Positions 18,785-30,563 of a DNA stretch of 64,000 nucleotides are shown in pieces. Made by a program: the position numbers and the translations under genes. The notes under the pieces were generated by a model, which was not told the DNA's origin, ran no database searches, and saw nothing but the letters and a program-made list of their open reading frames with translations. Each line of letters starts with the position of its first letter. Position 1 is the stretch's first letter. Origin of the DNA: an uncultured Actinomycetota bacterium (lineage in GTDB: Bacteria > Actinomycetota > Actinomycetes > JAHEKZ01); assembly GCA_963848085.1 (NCBI GenBank), contig CAWKCE010000003.1, positions 999,300 through 1,063,299 on the forward strand, written 5' to 3'.

Positions 18785-20923
18785 TCAGTCTTCGGCGCTC
18801 AGCCGCGCGGCAAGGGCCGTGGGCATGGTCTCGTGCCCTGAGTAGGTGCGGGTGAAGGTCCCGATCCCGTGCGACAGCGACCTCAGGTCAAGCGCGTACC
18901 GGGTCAGCTCGAGCTGCGGCGCCTCGGCCCGGACCAGCGTCCGGCCCGGTCCCACTGGCTCGGTGCCGAGAACCCGCCCGCGTCGGCCGGATAGGTCGCC
19001 CAGGACCGAGCCAAGGTCGTCGTCGTCGACCAGGACGGTGATCTCGTCGACGGGCTCCAGCAGCACGATGTGCCCGTTCGTCGCGGCGTCCCGCAGGGCG
19101 AGCCCACCGGCGGTCTGGAACGCCATGTCCGACGAGTCGACGGAGTGCGCCTTGCCGTCCACGAGCGTGACTCGCAGGTCGACCAGCGGGTAGCCGGCGG
19201 AGACGCCGCGCTCCATCTGGGCCCGCACCCCCTTCTCGACACTGGGGATGAACTGGCGGGGGACCGCCCCGCCCACGACCCGGTCGACGAACTCGAAGCC
19301 GGAACCAGCCGCCAGCGGCTCGACCTCGATGTCGCACACGGCGAACTGGCCGTGACCCCCGGACTGCTTGACGTGTCGACCGTGACCCTTGGAGGGCCCG
19401 CCGAAGGTCTCGCGGAGGGCCACGCGCACCGGAACGACGTCGACCGCCACGCCGTAGCGGTTCTTCAGCCGGTCCAGGAGCACGTCGACGTGCGCCTCCC
19501 CGAGTGCCCAGATCACCAGCTGGTTGGTGTCGGCGTTGTGCTCCAGCCGCATGGTGGGATCCTCGGCGACCAGTCGCGCCAGGCCGTGGGACAGCTTGTC
19601 CTCGTCGGCCTTGCTGTGCGCGACCACCGCGATCGGCAGCAGGGGGTCCGGCATCAGCCAAGGTTCCATCAGCAAGGGCTGGTCCTTGTCGCTCAGCGTG
19701 TCGCCGGTCTCAGCCCGCGCGAGCTTGGCCACTGCGCAGATGTCCCCGGCGACTGCGTAGCTGAGTGGTCGCTGGACCTTGCCGAGCGGCGACGACAGCG
19801 CACCGGCACGCTCGTCGACATCGTGGTCCTCGTGTCCTCGATCGCCCAGGCCATGTCCGGAGACGTGCAGCACGGTGTCCGGACGGAGCGTGCCGGAGAA
19901 GACCCGGACCAGGCTGATCCGCCCCACGTAGGGGTCGCTCTCGGTCTTCACGATCTCGGCCACCAGGGGCCCGTCGGGATCGCTGGCCAGCGGCTCGCGA
20001 GCCCGGCCGTCCAGGGTGGTCACAGGGGGCACCGGATGCTCGAGGGGGGAGGGGAAGCCTCGGGTGACGACCTCGAGCAGCTCCGTGACCCCGATCCCGG
20101 TGGTCGCCGAGACGGGGAGCACCGGGTAGAACGAGCCCCGCGCGACGGCCTTCTCGAGGTCGGCGATCAGCGTGTCGGTGTCGACCTCCTCACCGGCGAG
20201 GTAGCGGTCCATCAGTGACTCGTCCTCGCTCTCGGCGATGATCGCCTCGATGAGTGCGCTTCGGGCCGGCTCGATGAGCTCCAGGTGCGGCGCCTCGGGG
20301 GCTCGCTCGACGCGGGTCCCCGACGTGTAGTCGTCGATGCGCTGGGTGAGCAGGGCGACCAGGCCGCCGAAGCTGTCGTCCTCGGCCAGCATCGGCAGGT
20401 ACAGCGGAAGGACCCCTTCCCCGAAGGCTTCCTGTGCCTCGGCGAGAGCGGTGTCGAAGTCCGCCCGGGGAGTGTCCAGCTTGGAGATGACGACGGCGCG
20501 GGGCATACCGACGGCGGCGCACTCCTCCCACAGGATCCGGGTAGCACCGTCCATCGAGTCGGACGCCGAGATGACGAACAGGGCCGCGTCGGCTGCCCGC
20601 AGGCCGGCCCGCAGGTCTCCCACGAAGTCGGCATAGCCGGGGGTGTCGAGCAGGTTCACCTTGATCCCGTCGAGCTCGAAGGGAGCGACGGTCAGGGAGA
20701 CGCTGCGCTGCTGTCGAACTTCAGCTTCCTCGAAGTCGGACACGGTGGTCCCGTCCTCGACCCGACCCATCCGGCTGATGGTCCCGGTCGCCGCCAGGAG
20801 CGCTTCCACCAGCGTCGTCTTGCCGGCCGAGCTGTGGCCGACCAGCACGATGTTTCGCAGCGCCTCGGGCCGGTCGGCCGTCGGTGCCCTTCCGGCGGCC
20901 CCGGGTGCCTGCTTGTCAGCCAT
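18785..20923 (-). CDS. Elongation factor G-like protein (EF-G2 paralog)
   Basis: G-domain NIVLVGHSSAGKTTL, DTPGYADF and VISKLD motifs, with EF-G domains II-V. ATG 20923 (MADKQAPG). Confidence 0.85.
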   Translation of the reverse strand: MADKQAPGAAGRAPTADRPEALRNIVLVGHSSAGKTTLVEALLAATGTISRMGRVEDGTTVSDFEEAEVRQQRSVSLTVAPFELDGIKVNLLDTPGYADFVGDLRAGLRAADAALFVISASDSMDGATRILWEECAAVGMPRAVVISKLDTPRADFDTALAEAQEAFGEGVLPLYLPMLAEDDSFGGLVALLTQRIDDYTSGTRVERAPEAPHLELIEPARSALIEAIIAESEDESLMDRYLAGEEVDTDTLIADLEKAVARGSFYPVLPVSATTGIGVTELLEVVTRGFPSPLEHPVPPVTTLDGRAREPLASDPDGPLVAEIVKTESDPYVGRISLVRVFSGTLRPDTVLHVSGHGLGDRGHEDHDVDERAGALSSPLGKVQRPLSYAVAGDICAVAKLARAETGDTLSDKDQPLLMEPWLMPDPLLPIAVVAHSKADEDKLSHGLARLVAEDPTMRLEHNADTNQLVIWALGEAHVDVLLDRLKNRYGVAVDVVPVRVALRETFGGPSKGHGRHVKQSGGHGQFAVCDIEVEPLAAGSGFEFVDRVVGGAVPRQFIPSVEKGVRAQMERGVSAGYPLVDLRVTLVDGKAHSVDSSDMAFQTAGGLALRDAATNGHIVLLEPVDEITVLVDDDDLGSVLGDLSGRRGRVLGTEPVGPGRTLVRAEAPQLELTRYALDLRSLSHGIGTFTRTYSGHETMPTALAARLSAED

Positions 20924-21026
20924 CACCACTCCACTCCTCGCAGCGAGTACTCGCGTGCCACCCTTCACCCCTGGTGGCTCGATGGGCAAGGGCCACCCGT
21001 CGTGCGGTCGTCGCTACCCTCGCCCC

Positions 21027-21647
21027 ATGGGTCGACTGACGGACGTGGGCAGGTCCGCCGCGCGGGGGGTGTTCGAGCCACCGGCGCGTGTCCTCACCGG
21101 CTGGGGAGTCAGCCCCGACGCCATCACTGTCGTGGGGACCGTTGGGGTGGCGGCCGGCGCGCTGAGCTTCTACCCACGCGGAGAGCTCCTCGTCGGGACG
21201 CTGGTCATCGTGGTGTTCGTCTTCTCGGACAGCCTGGACGGCACCATGGCCCGGCTGTCCGGCCGGTCCGGCCCGTGGGGAGCCTTCCTCGACTCCACCC
21301 TGGACCGCGTCGGCGACGCCGCCATCTTCAGTGGGCTGGCTTGGTGGTTCCTGGGCAGCGGAGACGACCCCATGCTGGGCGCCCTTGCCCTCATCGGACT
21401 GGTGGGTGGCCTGATGGTGTCCTATGCCCGGGCCCGCGGCGAGGGGTTGGGCCTGGACGCCACTGGTGGGATCGCCGAGCGGTCCGAACGGCTCGTCGCG
21501 ATCCTGCTGGGTACCGGGCTCGCCGGTCTCGGCGTGCCCTTCGTCCAGGCCGCGGCGTTGTGGTTCGTGGCGGTGGGGGCGTGGGTCACCGTCGGCCAGC
21601 GAATCCTCGGAGCCCGGCGTTCGGCCGCGCGGGGGACGCCCGCGTGA
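21027..21647 (+). CDS. pgsA1: CDP-alcohol phosphatidyltransferase, phosphatidylinositol-phosphate synthase
   Basis: SDSLDGTMAR..GAFLDSTLDRVGDA motif. Synteny thrS-HIT-pgsA1-patA-pimA as in mycobacteria. Confidence 0.8.
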   Translation: MGRLTDVGRSAARGVFEPPARVLTGWGVSPDAITVVGTVGVAAGALSFYPRGELLVGTLVIVVFVFSDSLDGTMARLSGRSGPWGAFLDSTLDRVGDAAIFSGLAWWFLGSGDDPMLGALALIGLVGGLMVSYARARGEGLGLDATGGIAERSERLVAILLGTGLAGLGVPFVQAAALWFVAVGAWVTVGQRILGARRSAARGTPA

Positions 21648-22537
21648 GGGAGCTGCTCACCGACCGGGCCTACGCCGCGGGCTGGCACGCGGTCCGCCAT
21701 TCTCCGGAGAGGGTGGCCCGCGTCACGTTCGGCCAGCTTGCCGACCAGGCGTGGCGCCGCCACGGACGGGGTGTGCAGCAGCTGGAGCGGAACCTGTCGC
21801 GGATCGTCGTGGACGCGTCCCCACAGGATCTTCGTGACCTCTCGCGGGAGGCCATGCAGTCCTACTTCCGGTACTGGCGCGAGGCGTTCCGCCTCCCCGA
21901 GTGGGGGGCCGACGAGGTCGTTGACCGGATCGTGGTTCACCACGAAGAGCGGCTGCGCGGCCCGGCCTCGTCCGGCCAGGGTGTGATCACCGCGCTCGGT
22001 CACCTGGGCAACTGGGACCATGCCGGGGCCTGGGCCTCCACCACGGGCATCGCCTTCACCACCGTGGCCGAGCGGCTGAAGCCGGAGTCGCTGTTCCGCC
22101 GGTTCCTGGAGTACCGGGAGTCGCTGGGGATGGAGGTCCTCCCCCTCAGCGGCGGGGAGGACGTCAGCGGCACGTTGGTGGCACGCCTGGGACAAGGTCG
22201 TGTCATCGCCTTGGTCGCCGACCGGGACCTGGGCCATACCGGCATCGAGGTCGACCTGCTGGGGGAGCCGGCGCGCTTCCCGGCCGGCCCGGCGGTCCTT
22301 GCTCTGCGCACCGGCGCGCCGCTGCTCCCCGTGATGTCCTGGTACGACAAGGACCGCACCCACCTGGAGATCCAGACCGCACTGCAGGTCGACACCTCGC
22401 TGGGCTTCCGCGACTCGGTATTGGCGCTCACCCAGCAGTTCGCCGACGCACTGGGCCAAGCCCTCCGCGAGCACCCGACCGACTGGCACATGCTCCAGCG
22501 GGTGTGGACTGCTGACGTCGTTCCGGCCCCGTCGTGA
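21644..22537 (+). CDS. patA: Phosphatidylinositol mannoside acyltransferase (HtrB/LpxL family)
   Basis: HLGNWD acyltransferase motif and ADRD. GTGA overlap with pgsA1. Synteny supports the call. Confidence 0.8.
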   Translation: MRELLTDRAYAAGWHAVRHSPERVARVTFGQLADQAWRRHGRGVQQLERNLSRIVVDASPQDLRDLSREAMQSYFRYWREAFRLPEWGADEVVDRIVVHHEERLRGPASSGQGVITALGHLGNWDHAGAWASTTGIAFTTVAERLKPESLFRRFLEYRESLGMEVLPLSGGEDVSGTLVARLGQGRVIALVADRDLGHTGIEVDLLGEPARFPAGPAVLALRTGAPLLPVMSWYDKDRTHLEIQTALQVDTSLGFRDSVLALTQQFADALGQALREHPTDWHMLQRVWTADVVPAPS

Positions 22538-23709
22538 AGGTCGGCCTGGTGTGCCCGTTCGACTGGGACGTCCCCGGGGGTGTGTCCATCCACGTCCGGG
22601 ACCTGGCCGACGAGCTCATCACGCTCGGCCATGACGTGGCAGTCCTCGCCCCCGGGGAGGACGCTGAAGCCGCACCCGACTACGTCACGCTGGCCGGGCG
22701 GACGATGCCGGTTCCGCACAACGGGTCGGTGGCCCGGGTGCAGTTCGGGCCGGTGTCGGCGTCTCGCACCCGCCGGTGGATCCGGGAGGGCGAGTTCGAC
22801 GTGCTGCATGTGCACTCGCCCATCTCGCCCAGCCTGTCGATGCTGGCCTGCTGGGCGGCGATCGGTCCGGTGGTCGCCACCTTCCACACCTCGCTCGACG
22901 GGCACAGCCGCGTGATGTCGGCCGGGTTCGGGCTGCTCCGCGCCACTCTCGAGACGGTCCGGGGGCGGATCGCAGTCAGCGAGATGGCCCGTCGCACCGT
23001 CGTCCAGCACCTCGGGGGGGACGCGGTCCTGATCCCGAACGGGGTGCGGGTCTCGTCCTTCGCCGGCGCTGAGCCCCTTCCGGGCTGGCCGGGAGCGGGT
23101 GGCTCACTGGTCTTCCTCGGCCGGATCGACGAGACGCGCAAGGGTCTCGGCGTCCTCCTGGAGGCGTTCCCGTCCGTGGCGGCCGCCCTCCCGGGGGTCC
23201 GGCTCCTTGTCGTCGGCCCGGGCGACCCGTCGGACGCGATTGATGCACTCCCGCCCGGGCTCCGCGACCGGGTGACTTTCCTCGGTCGGGTGAGCGACGC
23301 AGACAAGGCACGTGCCCTGGCATCCGCGGACATCTACGTCGCGCCACACATCGGGGGCGAGAGCTTCGGGATCGTCCTTCTGGAGGCCATGGCGGCCGGA
23401 ACGGCGGTTCTGGCCAGCGACCTGGTGGCCTTCCGGCAGGTGCTCGACGGGGGCCACACCGGCCGCCTCGTCCCGGTGGGCGACGCGACGCGGCTGGCCG
23501 AGGCCGCGATCGAGCTGCTGCGGTCGCCGAAGCAGCGCGCCGAGCTGGCCGACGCCGGCCAGGTCCGCGCCGCCGAGTACGACTGGTCCGTTGTGACGCA
23601 GCAGATCTTGGCGGTGTACGACACGGTCCGCGGGCCGGGGGAGAAGGTGCTCGAGGACGACCGCCAGGGACCCGGCGTCTTCGCCGGACGACGCCGGGGC
23701 GCCAAGTGA
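22534..23709 (+). CDS. pimA: GT4 glycosyltransferase, phosphatidylinositol alpha-mannosyltransferase
   Basis: MKVGLVCPFDWDVPGGVSIHVRDLA N-terminus and ESFGIVLLEAMAAG motif. GTGA overlap with patA. Confidence 0.85.
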   Translation: MKVGLVCPFDWDVPGGVSIHVRDLADELITLGHDVAVLAPGEDAEAAPDYVTLAGRTMPVPHNGSVARVQFGPVSASRTRRWIREGEFDVLHVHSPISPSLSMLACWAAIGPVVATFHTSLDGHSRVMSAGFGLLRATLETVRGRIAVSEMARRTVVQHLGGDAVLIPNGVRVSSFAGAEPLPGWPGAGGSLVFLGRIDETRKGLGVLLEAFPSVAAALPGVRLLVVGPGDPSDAIDALPPGLRDRVTFLGRVSDADKARALASADIYVAPHIGGESFGIVLLEAMAAGTAVLASDLVAFRQVLDGGHTGRLVPVGDATRLAEAAIELLRSPKQRAELADAGQVRAAEYDWSVVTQQILAVYDTVRGPGEKVLEDDRQGPGVFAGRRRGAK

Positions 23710-24263
23710 ACGTGCCCACCTGGCAGCTCGTCGCGGTGGTGGTTGCGGCCTTCGTCGCCTTGTACATCCGGGGGCTGGTGGGTCGCCTGGACCGGCTCCA
23801 CCTCCGCGTGGAGACCACGACCGAGGCCCTTGACGCCCAGCTGCTCCGACGGTCGTCGTCGGTCCTGGAGCTCGGTGCGTCGGCGGTGCTCGACCCCGCG
23901 AGCTCGTTGATCCTGGTCTCGGCTGCCACCGAGGCACAGTCAGCGGGCGTAGCCGACCGGGAGGTCGTGGAAAGCGCGCTGTCGGAGGACCTGCGCGCCG
24001 TGCTGGACTCACCCGGGGTGCTCGAGCAGCTGCAGGGTACGCCGGGAGGGCCAGAGCAGCTCGTCGAGCTCGCCCTTGCCACCGACCGGGTGGCGCTGGC
24101 ACATCGCTTCCACAACGACGCCGTCCGCTCGGTCCGCGAGCTGCGGAGCCGCCCGGTGGTGCGCCTGTTCCGGCTCGCCGGACGAGCCGGGCTACCACAG
24201 TCCTTCGAGATGGACGACGCGCCACCGGCGGTGCTGTCCGCCGTGGACCGGGCGCCGACGTAG
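23706..24263 (+). CDS. Hypothetical N-terminally membrane-anchored protein
   Basis: 185 aa with one N-terminal TM helix (WQLVAVVVAAFVALYI). GTGA overlap with the pimA stop. No family recognised. Confidence 0.5.
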   Translation: MNVPTWQLVAVVVAAFVALYIRGLVGRLDRLHLRVETTTEALDAQLLRRSSSVLELGASAVLDPASSLILVSAATEAQSAGVADREVVESALSEDLRAVLDSPGVLEQLQGTPGGPEQLVELALATDRVALAHRFHNDAVRSVRELRSRPVVRLFRLAGRAGLPQSFEMDDAPPAVLSAVDRAPT

Positions 24264-24272
24264 CCTGCTCTG

Positions 24273-25319
24273 GTGCCCGCGAACCCCAGACGGTTGGCCC
24301 CCCGCCCGGCTGTCAGTCCCCGACGTTCAGTCGTGACCGCCGCTGTCCTGCTGACCGCCGCGACCCTCCTGGCCGCCTGCGCGTCAGACGAGGTGGCGCC
24401 GTCGGCTGCTCCTTCGGCGACTACGGCTTCGCCGTCGGCCAGCCCCGAGCCGACGACGTTGCTGTCCGGAAGGGTTGGCGAGGACCACCGGGTCCTGGCG
24501 GTCAAGATCGACAACACCGTGAACTCCCACCCGCAGTCCGGGGTGGTCGCGGCGGACATCGTGTACCTGGAGGAGGTCGAGTACGGCCTCACCCGGCTGA
24601 TGGCGGTCTACTCGTCCCGCTACCCGAAGGTGGTGGGACCGGTCCGCAGCGCTCGGATTGCCGACCTGGAGATGCTGCGGCAGTTCGGCGAGCCGGCCTT
24701 CGCCTACTCCGGGGCCAACCCGCTGCTTGTCCCGGTGCTGCGCGAGGCGCCGTTGTACAACGTCTCGGACGACGTCAGCGGGGAGGGCTACTGGCGACAG
24801 GACGGCCGGACCGCACCGTGGGACCTGTTCGCCGACCCGGAGCAGCTGCTGGCGCGGGCACCGAAGGCCGACCGGGCCCGCGATATCGGGTTCACCTTCA
24901 CCGACGGCGCGCCCTTGGGTGGGTCCATGGCGCGCCAGGTGACCGTTGCCTGGCCCGGCTCCAGCGCCCGCTTTCGCTGGGATGCCGAGGAGGCGCGATG
25001 GCGGCTGTGGACCGACGGGCAGCCCGCCATGTCCACCGAAGGACCCCAGCTGGGCGGAACGACCGTGATCGTGCAGTTCGCCGACGTCTACCCCTCCCAG
25101 TACGGGGACGCCTACGGCGGCGTGACGCCGATGACCGAGACCGTCGGGAAGGGCCGCGCCCTCGTCCTGCGTGACGGGCGCGTCTACCGGTGCCGGTGGG
25201 CCCGCAAGACGGCCGAGGATGGCACCAGGTGGACCTACCGGGGCACGGACATGCCCATGGCGCCCGGGCAGATCTGGGTTGCGCTGCTCGACAACGACCG
25301 TCGCCCCATCGTGCGCTGA
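24273..25319 (+). CDS. DUF3048-like lipoprotein
   Basis: Lipobox LLAACAS and the AVKIDNT..HPQSG...[22 protein letters not shown] pattern, remembered for DUF3048. Confidence 0.65.
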   Translation: MPANPRRLAPRPAVSPRRSVVTAAVLLTAATLLAACASDEVAPSAAPSATTASPSASPEPTTLLSGRVGEDHRVLAVKIDNTVNSHPQSGVVAADIVYLEEVEYGLTRLMAVYSSRYPKVVGPVRSARIADLEMLRQFGEPAFAYSGANPLLVPVLREAPLYNVSDDVSGEGYWRQDGRTAPWDLFADPEQLLARAPKADRARDIGFTFTDGAPLGGSMARQVTVAWPGSSARFRWDAEEARWRLWTDGQPAMSTEGPQLGGTTVIVQFADVYPSQYGDAYGGVTPMTETVGKGRALVLRDGRVYRCRWARKTAEDGTRWTYRGTDMPMAPGQIWVALLDNDRRPIVR

Positions 25320-25437
25320 TCGGCCGTTCGCCCCGTACGATGGACGGTGGCGCTCGGGAGGTCCGCGCGTCACCGTCCGGGTTCGTCCGACACCGTCCGG
25401 GTGCGACCCGTCCGAGCACCGTCTCAGTGAGGTTCCC

Positions 25438-26358
25438 GTGTCCACCAGTCCCGAGTCCCGCCCGCCGGCCCTCGACGTGCAGACCGGCACCGCGCGGGTG
25501 AAGCGCGGCATGGCCGAGCAGCTCAAGGGTGGCGTCATCATGGATGTCGTCACGCCCGAGCAGGCAACGATCGCCGAGGAGGCGGGAGCCGTCGCGGTCA
25601 TGGCACTGGAGCGGGTGCCGGCAGACATCCGTCGTGACGGCGGGGTCTCGCGGATGTCTGACCCCGACATGATCGACGGGATCATCGCCGCGGTGTCGAT
25701 CCCGGTGATGGCCAAGGCGCGCATCGGCCACTTCGTCGAAGCGCAGGTCCTGCAGTCGCTCGGGGCCGACTACATCGACGAGTCCGAGGTGCTGACGCCG
25801 GCCGACGAGGCGCACCACATCGACAAGTGGGCCTTCACCGCACCGTTCGTGTGCGGCGCCACGAACCTCGGGGAGGCGCTGCGGCGGATCTCGGAGGGCG
25901 CCGCGATGATCCGGAGCAAGGGCGAGGCCGGGACTGGGAACGTGGTCGAGGCGACCCGGCACATGCGTCAGATCACCGGTGACATCCGCCGTCTCGGTGC
26001 GATGGAGGAGGTCGAGCTGTTCGCGGCAGCCAAGGAGCTCCGGGCGCCGGTTGCGCTGGTACAGGAGATTGCCGAGACCGGAAAGCTCCCGGTTGTGCTC
26101 TTCACTGCCGGGGGCATCGCGACGCCGGCGGACGCCGCGATGATGATGCAGCTGGGCGCGGAAGGCGTGTTCGTCGGATCGGGGATCTTCAAGTCCGGAA
26201 ACCCAGCCAGGCGGGCCGAGGCGATCGTCAAGGCCACGACCTTCTACGACGACCCGGACGTCATCGCGAAGGTGTCCCGAGGGCTTGGTGAGGCCATGGT
26301 CGGGATCAACCTGGAGACCCTCCAGGCGGGCGAGCGGTTCGCCGACCGCGGCTGGTGA
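25438..26358 (+). CDS. pdxS: Pyridoxal 5'-phosphate synthase lyase subunit PdxS
   Basis: [63 protein letters not shown] 25438. Confidence 0.95.
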   Translation: MSTSPESRPPALDVQTGTARVKRGMAEQLKGGVIMDVVTPEQATIAEEAGAVAVMALERVPADIRRDGGVSRMSDPDMIDGIIAAVSIPVMAKARIGHFVEAQVLQSLGADYIDESEVLTPADEAHHIDKWAFTAPFVCGATNLGEALRRISEGAAMIRSKGEAGTGNVVEATRHMRQITGDIRRLGAMEEVELFAAAKELRAPVALVQEIAETGKLPVVLFTAGGIATPADAAMMMQLGAEGVFVGSGIFKSGNPARRAEAIVKATTFYDDPDVIAKVSRGLGEAMVGINLETLQAGERFADRGW

Positions 26359-26984
26359 GCCGCCCGACCGTCGGCGTGCTCGCCCTGCAGGGCGACGTCC
26401 GAGAGCACGTGGCCGCCCTGGACGCCGTCGGTGCCCGTGCGGTTCTCGTCCGCCGCCCATCGGAGCTGGCAGGGGTCGACGGCCTGGTGCTCCCCGGGGG
26501 CGAGTCGACGACGATGATCCGGCTGGCCCGGGTCTTCGACCTGCTGGAGCCGTTGCGTAGCCGGGTCCGATCGGGGATGCCGGTCTACGGCACCTGTGCG
26601 GGGATGATCCTGCTGGCCGACCATCTGCTGGACGCACGTGACGGCCAGGAGACACTCGGGGGGATCGACATGACGGTGCGGCGGAACGCCTTCGGCCGGC
26701 AGGTGGACTCCTTCGAGACCCAGGTCCACGTGGCCGACGTCGGTGCCGTCCCGGTCCACGCGGTGTTCATCCGCGCCCCGTCCGTCGAGAAGGTCGGGCC
26801 AGACGTCGAGGTGATCGCGCGCCTGGAGAGCCCGGACCGCGCAGGTACCATCGTCGGCGTCCGTCAGGGGCCCCTGATGGCCACGAGCTTCCACCCCGAG
26901 CTCACCGGAGACACCCGGCTGCACCGGCTGTTCGTCGACCTGGTCGCCGGCCACGTTCCGCCGGCCAGACACTCCATGGGCTGA
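26355..26984 (+). CDS. pdxT: Pyridoxal 5'-phosphate synthase glutaminase subunit PdxT
   Basis: [23 protein letters not shown] and FHPELT motifs. GTGA overlap with pdxS. Confidence 0.95.
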   Translation: MSRPTVGVLALQGDVREHVAALDAVGARAVLVRRPSELAGVDGLVLPGGESTTMIRLARVFDLLEPLRSRVRSGMPVYGTCAGMILLADHLLDARDGQETLGGIDMTVRRNAFGRQVDSFETQVHVADVGAVPVHAVFIRAPSVEKVGPDVEVIARLESPDRAGTIVGVRQGPLMATSFHPELTGDTRLHRLFVDLVAGHVPPARHSMG

Positions 26985-27013
26985 CCGAACCGAGCGACAG
27001 GAGAACCGACGCC

Positions 27014-27763
27014 ATGTCCGGCCACTCCAAGTGGGCGACCACCAAGCACAAGAAGGCGGTCGTCGACGCGCGTCGGGGCAAGCTCTTCGCCAAGCTCATC
27101 AAGAACATCGAGGTTGCGGCGCGCACCGGCGGAGGCGACCCTGCCGGGAACCCGACGCTGTACGACGCGATCCAGAAGGCCAAGAAGACCTCGGTCCCCA
27201 ACGACAACATCGACCGAGCCGTGAAGCGTGGTTCCGGGGCTGAGGCTGGGGGAGCCGACTACCAGACGATCATGTACGAGGGGTACGGCCCCAGCGGGGT
27301 GGCGGTGCTCGTCGAGTGCCTGACGGACAACCGCAACCGAGCCGCATCCGACGTCCGGGTGGCCATGACGCGCAACGGCGGCGCGATGGCAGACCCCGGC
27401 TCGGTGTCCTACCTGTTCACCCGCAAAGGAGTGGTCATCGTCCCCAAGGGCGACCTCGACGAGGACGCGGTACTCGGGGCGGTCCTGGATGCGGGTGCCG
27501 AGGAGGTCAACGACCTCGACGAGGCCTTCGAGGTGGTGAGCGACCCCTCCGACCTGGTGACCGTCCGTACCGCACTCCAGCGGGCGGACATCGACTACGA
27601 GTCCGCCGAGGCGTCCTTCATCCCCAGCGTGACGGTGCCGCTGGACGAGGAGGGGGCAGGCAAGCTGTTCCGTCTGCTGGAGGCACTCGAGGAGTCCGAC
27701 GACGTGCAGAACGTGTGGGCGAACTTCGACGTGTCCGACGAGGTCATGGAGCGCGTGGGCTGA
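27014..27763 (+). CDS. yebC: YebC/PmpR-family DNA-binding transcriptional regulator
   Basis: [29 protein letters not shown]-terminus, 249 aa. Confidence 0.95.
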   Translation: MSGHSKWATTKHKKAVVDARRGKLFAKLIKNIEVAARTGGGDPAGNPTLYDAIQKAKKTSVPNDNIDRAVKRGSGAEAGGADYQTIMYEGYGPSGVAVLVECLTDNRNRAASDVRVAMTRNGGAMADPGSVSYLFTRKGVVIVPKGDLDEDAVLGAVLDAGAEEVNDLDEAFEVVSDPSDLVTVRTALQRADIDYESAEASFIPSVTVPLDEEGAGKLFRLLEALEESDDVQNVWANFDVSDEVMERVG

Positions 27764-27847
27764 GCCCGACCGGCGGGTCTGCCGGCCGGTGTCCGGGCCG
27801 GCCGGTAGCGTGCGCGTCGAACAGGTGTTCGGTGGTGCGGAGCCGTC

Positions 27848-28387
27848 GTGGGAGGTCGCGTGCGTGTGCTGGGCGTCGACCCGGGTCTGACCCGGTGCGG
27901 CATCGGCGTGGTCGACGGCGCGGTGGGGCGCCCCCTCACCATGGTCGAGGTCGACGTCGTCCGGTCGTCCCCGGACACCCCGGTGGAGCGTCGACTGCTC
28001 GGCGTCGCCGACGCCGTGGACGCGTGGCTGGCCCACCATGACCCGGACGTGGTCGCCGTGGAGCGCGTGTTCAGCCAGCACAACGTGCGCACCGTGATGG
28101 GCGTCGCGCAGGTGAGCGGCGTCGTGCTCACTGCTGCCGCCCGCAAGGGCGTGCCTGTGGTGCTGCACACCCCCAGCGAGGTCAAGGCGTCGGTCACCGG
28201 AAGCGGCCGCGCGGACAAGGCACAGGTGGCCGCCATGGTGACGCGCCTCTTGCGCCTGGCGGAGCCACCCCGCCCGGCCGACGCGACGGACGCCCTCGCG
28301 ATCGCCATCTGCCACATTTGGCGGGGTGGGGCCCAGAACCGGCTGGCGGCGGCGGTCGCGGCCCACGACGCGAAGCGGTCGCGGTGA
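27848..28387 (+). CDS. ruvC: Crossover junction endodeoxyribonuclease RuvC
   Basis: [22 protein letters not shown] and [12 protein letters not shown] motifs. Start at 27848, or GTG 27860. Confidence 0.9.
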   Translation: MGGRVRVLGVDPGLTRCGIGVVDGAVGRPLTMVEVDVVRSSPDTPVERRLLGVADAVDAWLAHHDPDVVAVERVFSQHNVRTVMGVAQVSGVVLTAAARKGVPVVLHTPSEVKASVTGSGRADKAQVAAMVTRLLRLAEPPRPADATDALAIAICHIWRGGAQNRLAAAVAAHDAKRSR

Positions 28388-28995
28388 TCGCCTTCGTGGC
28401 CGGCCGGGTCGCCGGCCTCGGACCGGACGGCGCCGTGATCGACGTCGGCGGGGTGGGGCTGCAGGTGCTGTGCACCCCGACGACGGTGGCGACGCTCCGG
28501 GTCGGCGAGGCGGCTCGACTGGCGACGGCCCTGGTGGTCCGCGAGGACTCCCTGACCCTGTTCGGGTTCGCAGACGATGACGAGCGCGCGGTCTTCGAGC
28601 TGCTCCAGACGGTCAACGGCGTAGGCCCTCGGCTGGCACAGGCGGTTCTGGCGGTCCACCGGCCGGACGACCTGCGCCGCCTGGTCGCCGCCGACGACGT
28701 GGCTGGTCTCACCTCGGTGCCGGGGATCGGCCGCAAGGGTGCGCAGCGTCTGGTGCTCGAGCTCAAGGACCGGCTCGGCCTGCCGGCGTCGCCGCCCGGG
28801 GCACTGGGCATCCGTGACGGCGCGGCGGAGGATCCCTGGCGGGACCAGGTCCGGGACGGCCTGGTGGGGCTCGGCTGGACGCCGCGGGACTCCGAGGCGG
28901 CCGTCCGGGCGGTGGCTGAGGACCCCGACACCCCGCCGGATGCCGACCTGGCCACCCGTCTGCGCACCGCGCTTCGCCTGCTGGGCCCGCGGTGA
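28384..28995 (+). CDS. ruvA: Holliday junction branch migration protein RuvA
   Basis: [58 protein letters not shown] overlap with ruvC. Confidence 0.9.
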   Translation: MIAFVAGRVAGLGPDGAVIDVGGVGLQVLCTPTTVATLRVGEAARLATALVVREDSLTLFGFADDDERAVFELLQTVNGVGPRLAQAVLAVHRPDDLRRLVAADDVAGLTSVPGIGRKGAQRLVLELKDRLGLPASPPGALGIRDGAAEDPWRDQVRDGLVGLGWTPRDSEAAVRAVAEDPDTPPDADLATRLRTALRLLGPR

Positions 28996-30113
28996 GCGAC
29001 GACTCGGAGCGGGTGGTGGCCGCGGAGCTGGAGGCCGGCGACCGCGCGGCTGAGGCGGCATTGCGGCCGCGGCAGCTGGCCGACTTCGTCGGTCAGCGGC
29101 GGGTGCGCGAGCAGCTGTCCCTGATGCTCGAGGCCGCGCAGGCGCGGGGCCGGTGTCCGGACCACTTGCTGCTGTCCGGTCCACCCGGGCTCGGGAAGAC
29201 CACGCTGGCGATGATCGTGGCCGCCGAGCTCGGCGTCCCTCTCCGATTGACAAGTGGGCCGGCGATCACCCACGCCGGGGACCTGGCCGCCGTGCTGTCG
29301 TCGCTGTCCGAGGGCGAGGTCCTGTTCGTCGACGAGATCCACCGGCTCGCCCGACCGGCGGAGGAGATGCTCTACCTCGCGATGGAGGACTTCCGGGTGG
29401 ACGTCGTGGTGGGCAAAGGCCCAGGGGCGACCGCGATCCCGCTGGACCTCCCGGCGTTCACGCTGGTCGGAGCCACCACTCGCGCCGGCCTCCTGCCCGG
29501 CCCGCTCCGCGACCGTTTCGGGTTCACCGGGCACCTCGACTTCTACGACGCCGACGAGCTCGAGCAGGTGCTCGTCCGGTCGGCCCGGCTGCTGGACGTC
29601 CCGATGGCGGCCGACGGCGCCCGTGAGATCGCCGGCCGGTCGCGCGGGACCCCGCGGGTGGCCAACCGGCTGCTCCGGCGGGTCCGCGACTTCTCGCAGG
29701 TGCGCGGCGACGGCACCGTCGACCAGCCGACCGCCCGGGCGGCGCTCGAGGTGTACGAGGTTGACGAGATCGGGCTGGACCGGCTCGACCGGGGCGTGCT
29801 TGACGCCCTCGTGCGCCGGTTCGGCGGGGGGCCCGTGGGGCTGTCCACACTGGCGGTGTCGGTGGGAGAGGAGCGCGAGACGGTCGAGGAGGTGGCTGAG
29901 CCGTTCCTGGTCCGCTGCGGCTTCCTGGCGCGCACCCCGCGCGGCCGCGTCGCCACCCCGGCCGCATGGCGCCACCTGGGGCTGACGCCACCCGCGCATG
30001 GCGTCGAGGTGATGGGAGACACCCTCTTCGACGGCCATCGCGACCGTGACCGCAACGGTGCCGAGACCGACTCGGACCCACGCGGGGACCGTGACGCGGA
30101 TCAGGCCCCGTAG
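28992..30113 (+). CDS. ruvB: Holliday junction branch migration DNA helicase RuvB
   Basis: [32 protein letters not shown] and [16 protein letters not shown] motifs. Confidence 0.95.
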   Translation: MSDDSERVVAAELEAGDRAAEAALRPRQLADFVGQRRVREQLSLMLEAAQARGRCPDHLLLSGPPGLGKTTLAMIVAAELGVPLRLTSGPAITHAGDLAAVLSSLSEGEVLFVDEIHRLARPAEEMLYLAMEDFRVDVVVGKGPGATAIPLDLPAFTLVGATTRAGLLPGPLRDRFGFTGHLDFYDADELEQVLVRSARLLDVPMAADGAREIAGRSRGTPRVANRLLRRVRDFSQVRGDGTVDQPTARAALEVYEVDEIGLDRLDRGVLDALVRRFGGGPVGLSTLAVSVGEERETVEEVAEPFLVRCGFLARTPRGRVATPAAWRHLGLTPPAHGVEVMGDTLFDGHRDRDRNGAETDSDPRGDRDADQAP

Positions 30114-30149
30114 GCTCGAGCGGTCCGTTCCTCGTCCGGAAGGCTCGCC

Positions 30150-30446
30150 ATGGGCGACGTCCTGTTCTTGCTGGTGCTGGTGGCTCCGCTGTTCGGCATC
30201 TGGTACCTGCTCATCCGACCCGCCCAGAGGCGGCAGCGCGAGCTGGCCGACGTCCGGTCGAGCCTGGCGCCCGGGCAGGACGTGATGACGACCTCGGGGC
30301 TGCACGGCCGGATCCGGGGGGTGCTGGACGACGTCGTTCTGCTGGAGGTAGCCGACGGCGTGGTGCTGCGCTTCGCCGCCGGCGCGATCGCGGAGGTGTC
30401 GCCCGCAGGCGGGCCGGCGGAGTCCCCCGACGCGCCCGAGGCCTGA
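30150..30446 (+). CDS. yajC: Preprotein translocase subunit YajC
   Basis: 98 aa with a single TM. IRPAQRRQRE..L..GQDVMTTSGLHGRI pattern. Lies upstream of secDF. Confidence 0.85.
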   Translation: MGDVLFLLVLVAPLFGIWYLLIRPAQRRQRELADVRSSLAPGQDVMTTSGLHGRIRGVLDDVVLLEVADGVVLRFAAGAIAEVSPAGGPAESPDAPEA

Positions 30447-30563
30447 CCCGACGACGGAGATTCGAACGACGTCGGGGATACTTCCCGAGCCGACGGCGGC
30501 AGGGCTGCCCGCCGGCTGAGTTCACACCGACCCGCTCCCCAGCGGGCCACAGAAGGGAACGGC

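Noticed and set aside
20285-22537. Apparent 750-aa fusion ORF. Similar cases are 10690..12417, 5455..7062, 25171..26358, 16119..18251, 45377..46495, 32107..33378, 54942..56225 and 58865..60364.
   Set aside because: Only the C-terminal parts match protein families. The N-terminal parts overlap upstream genes in another frame. Internal GTG/ATG starts coincide with 4-nt stop/start overlaps or RBS-like sequences.
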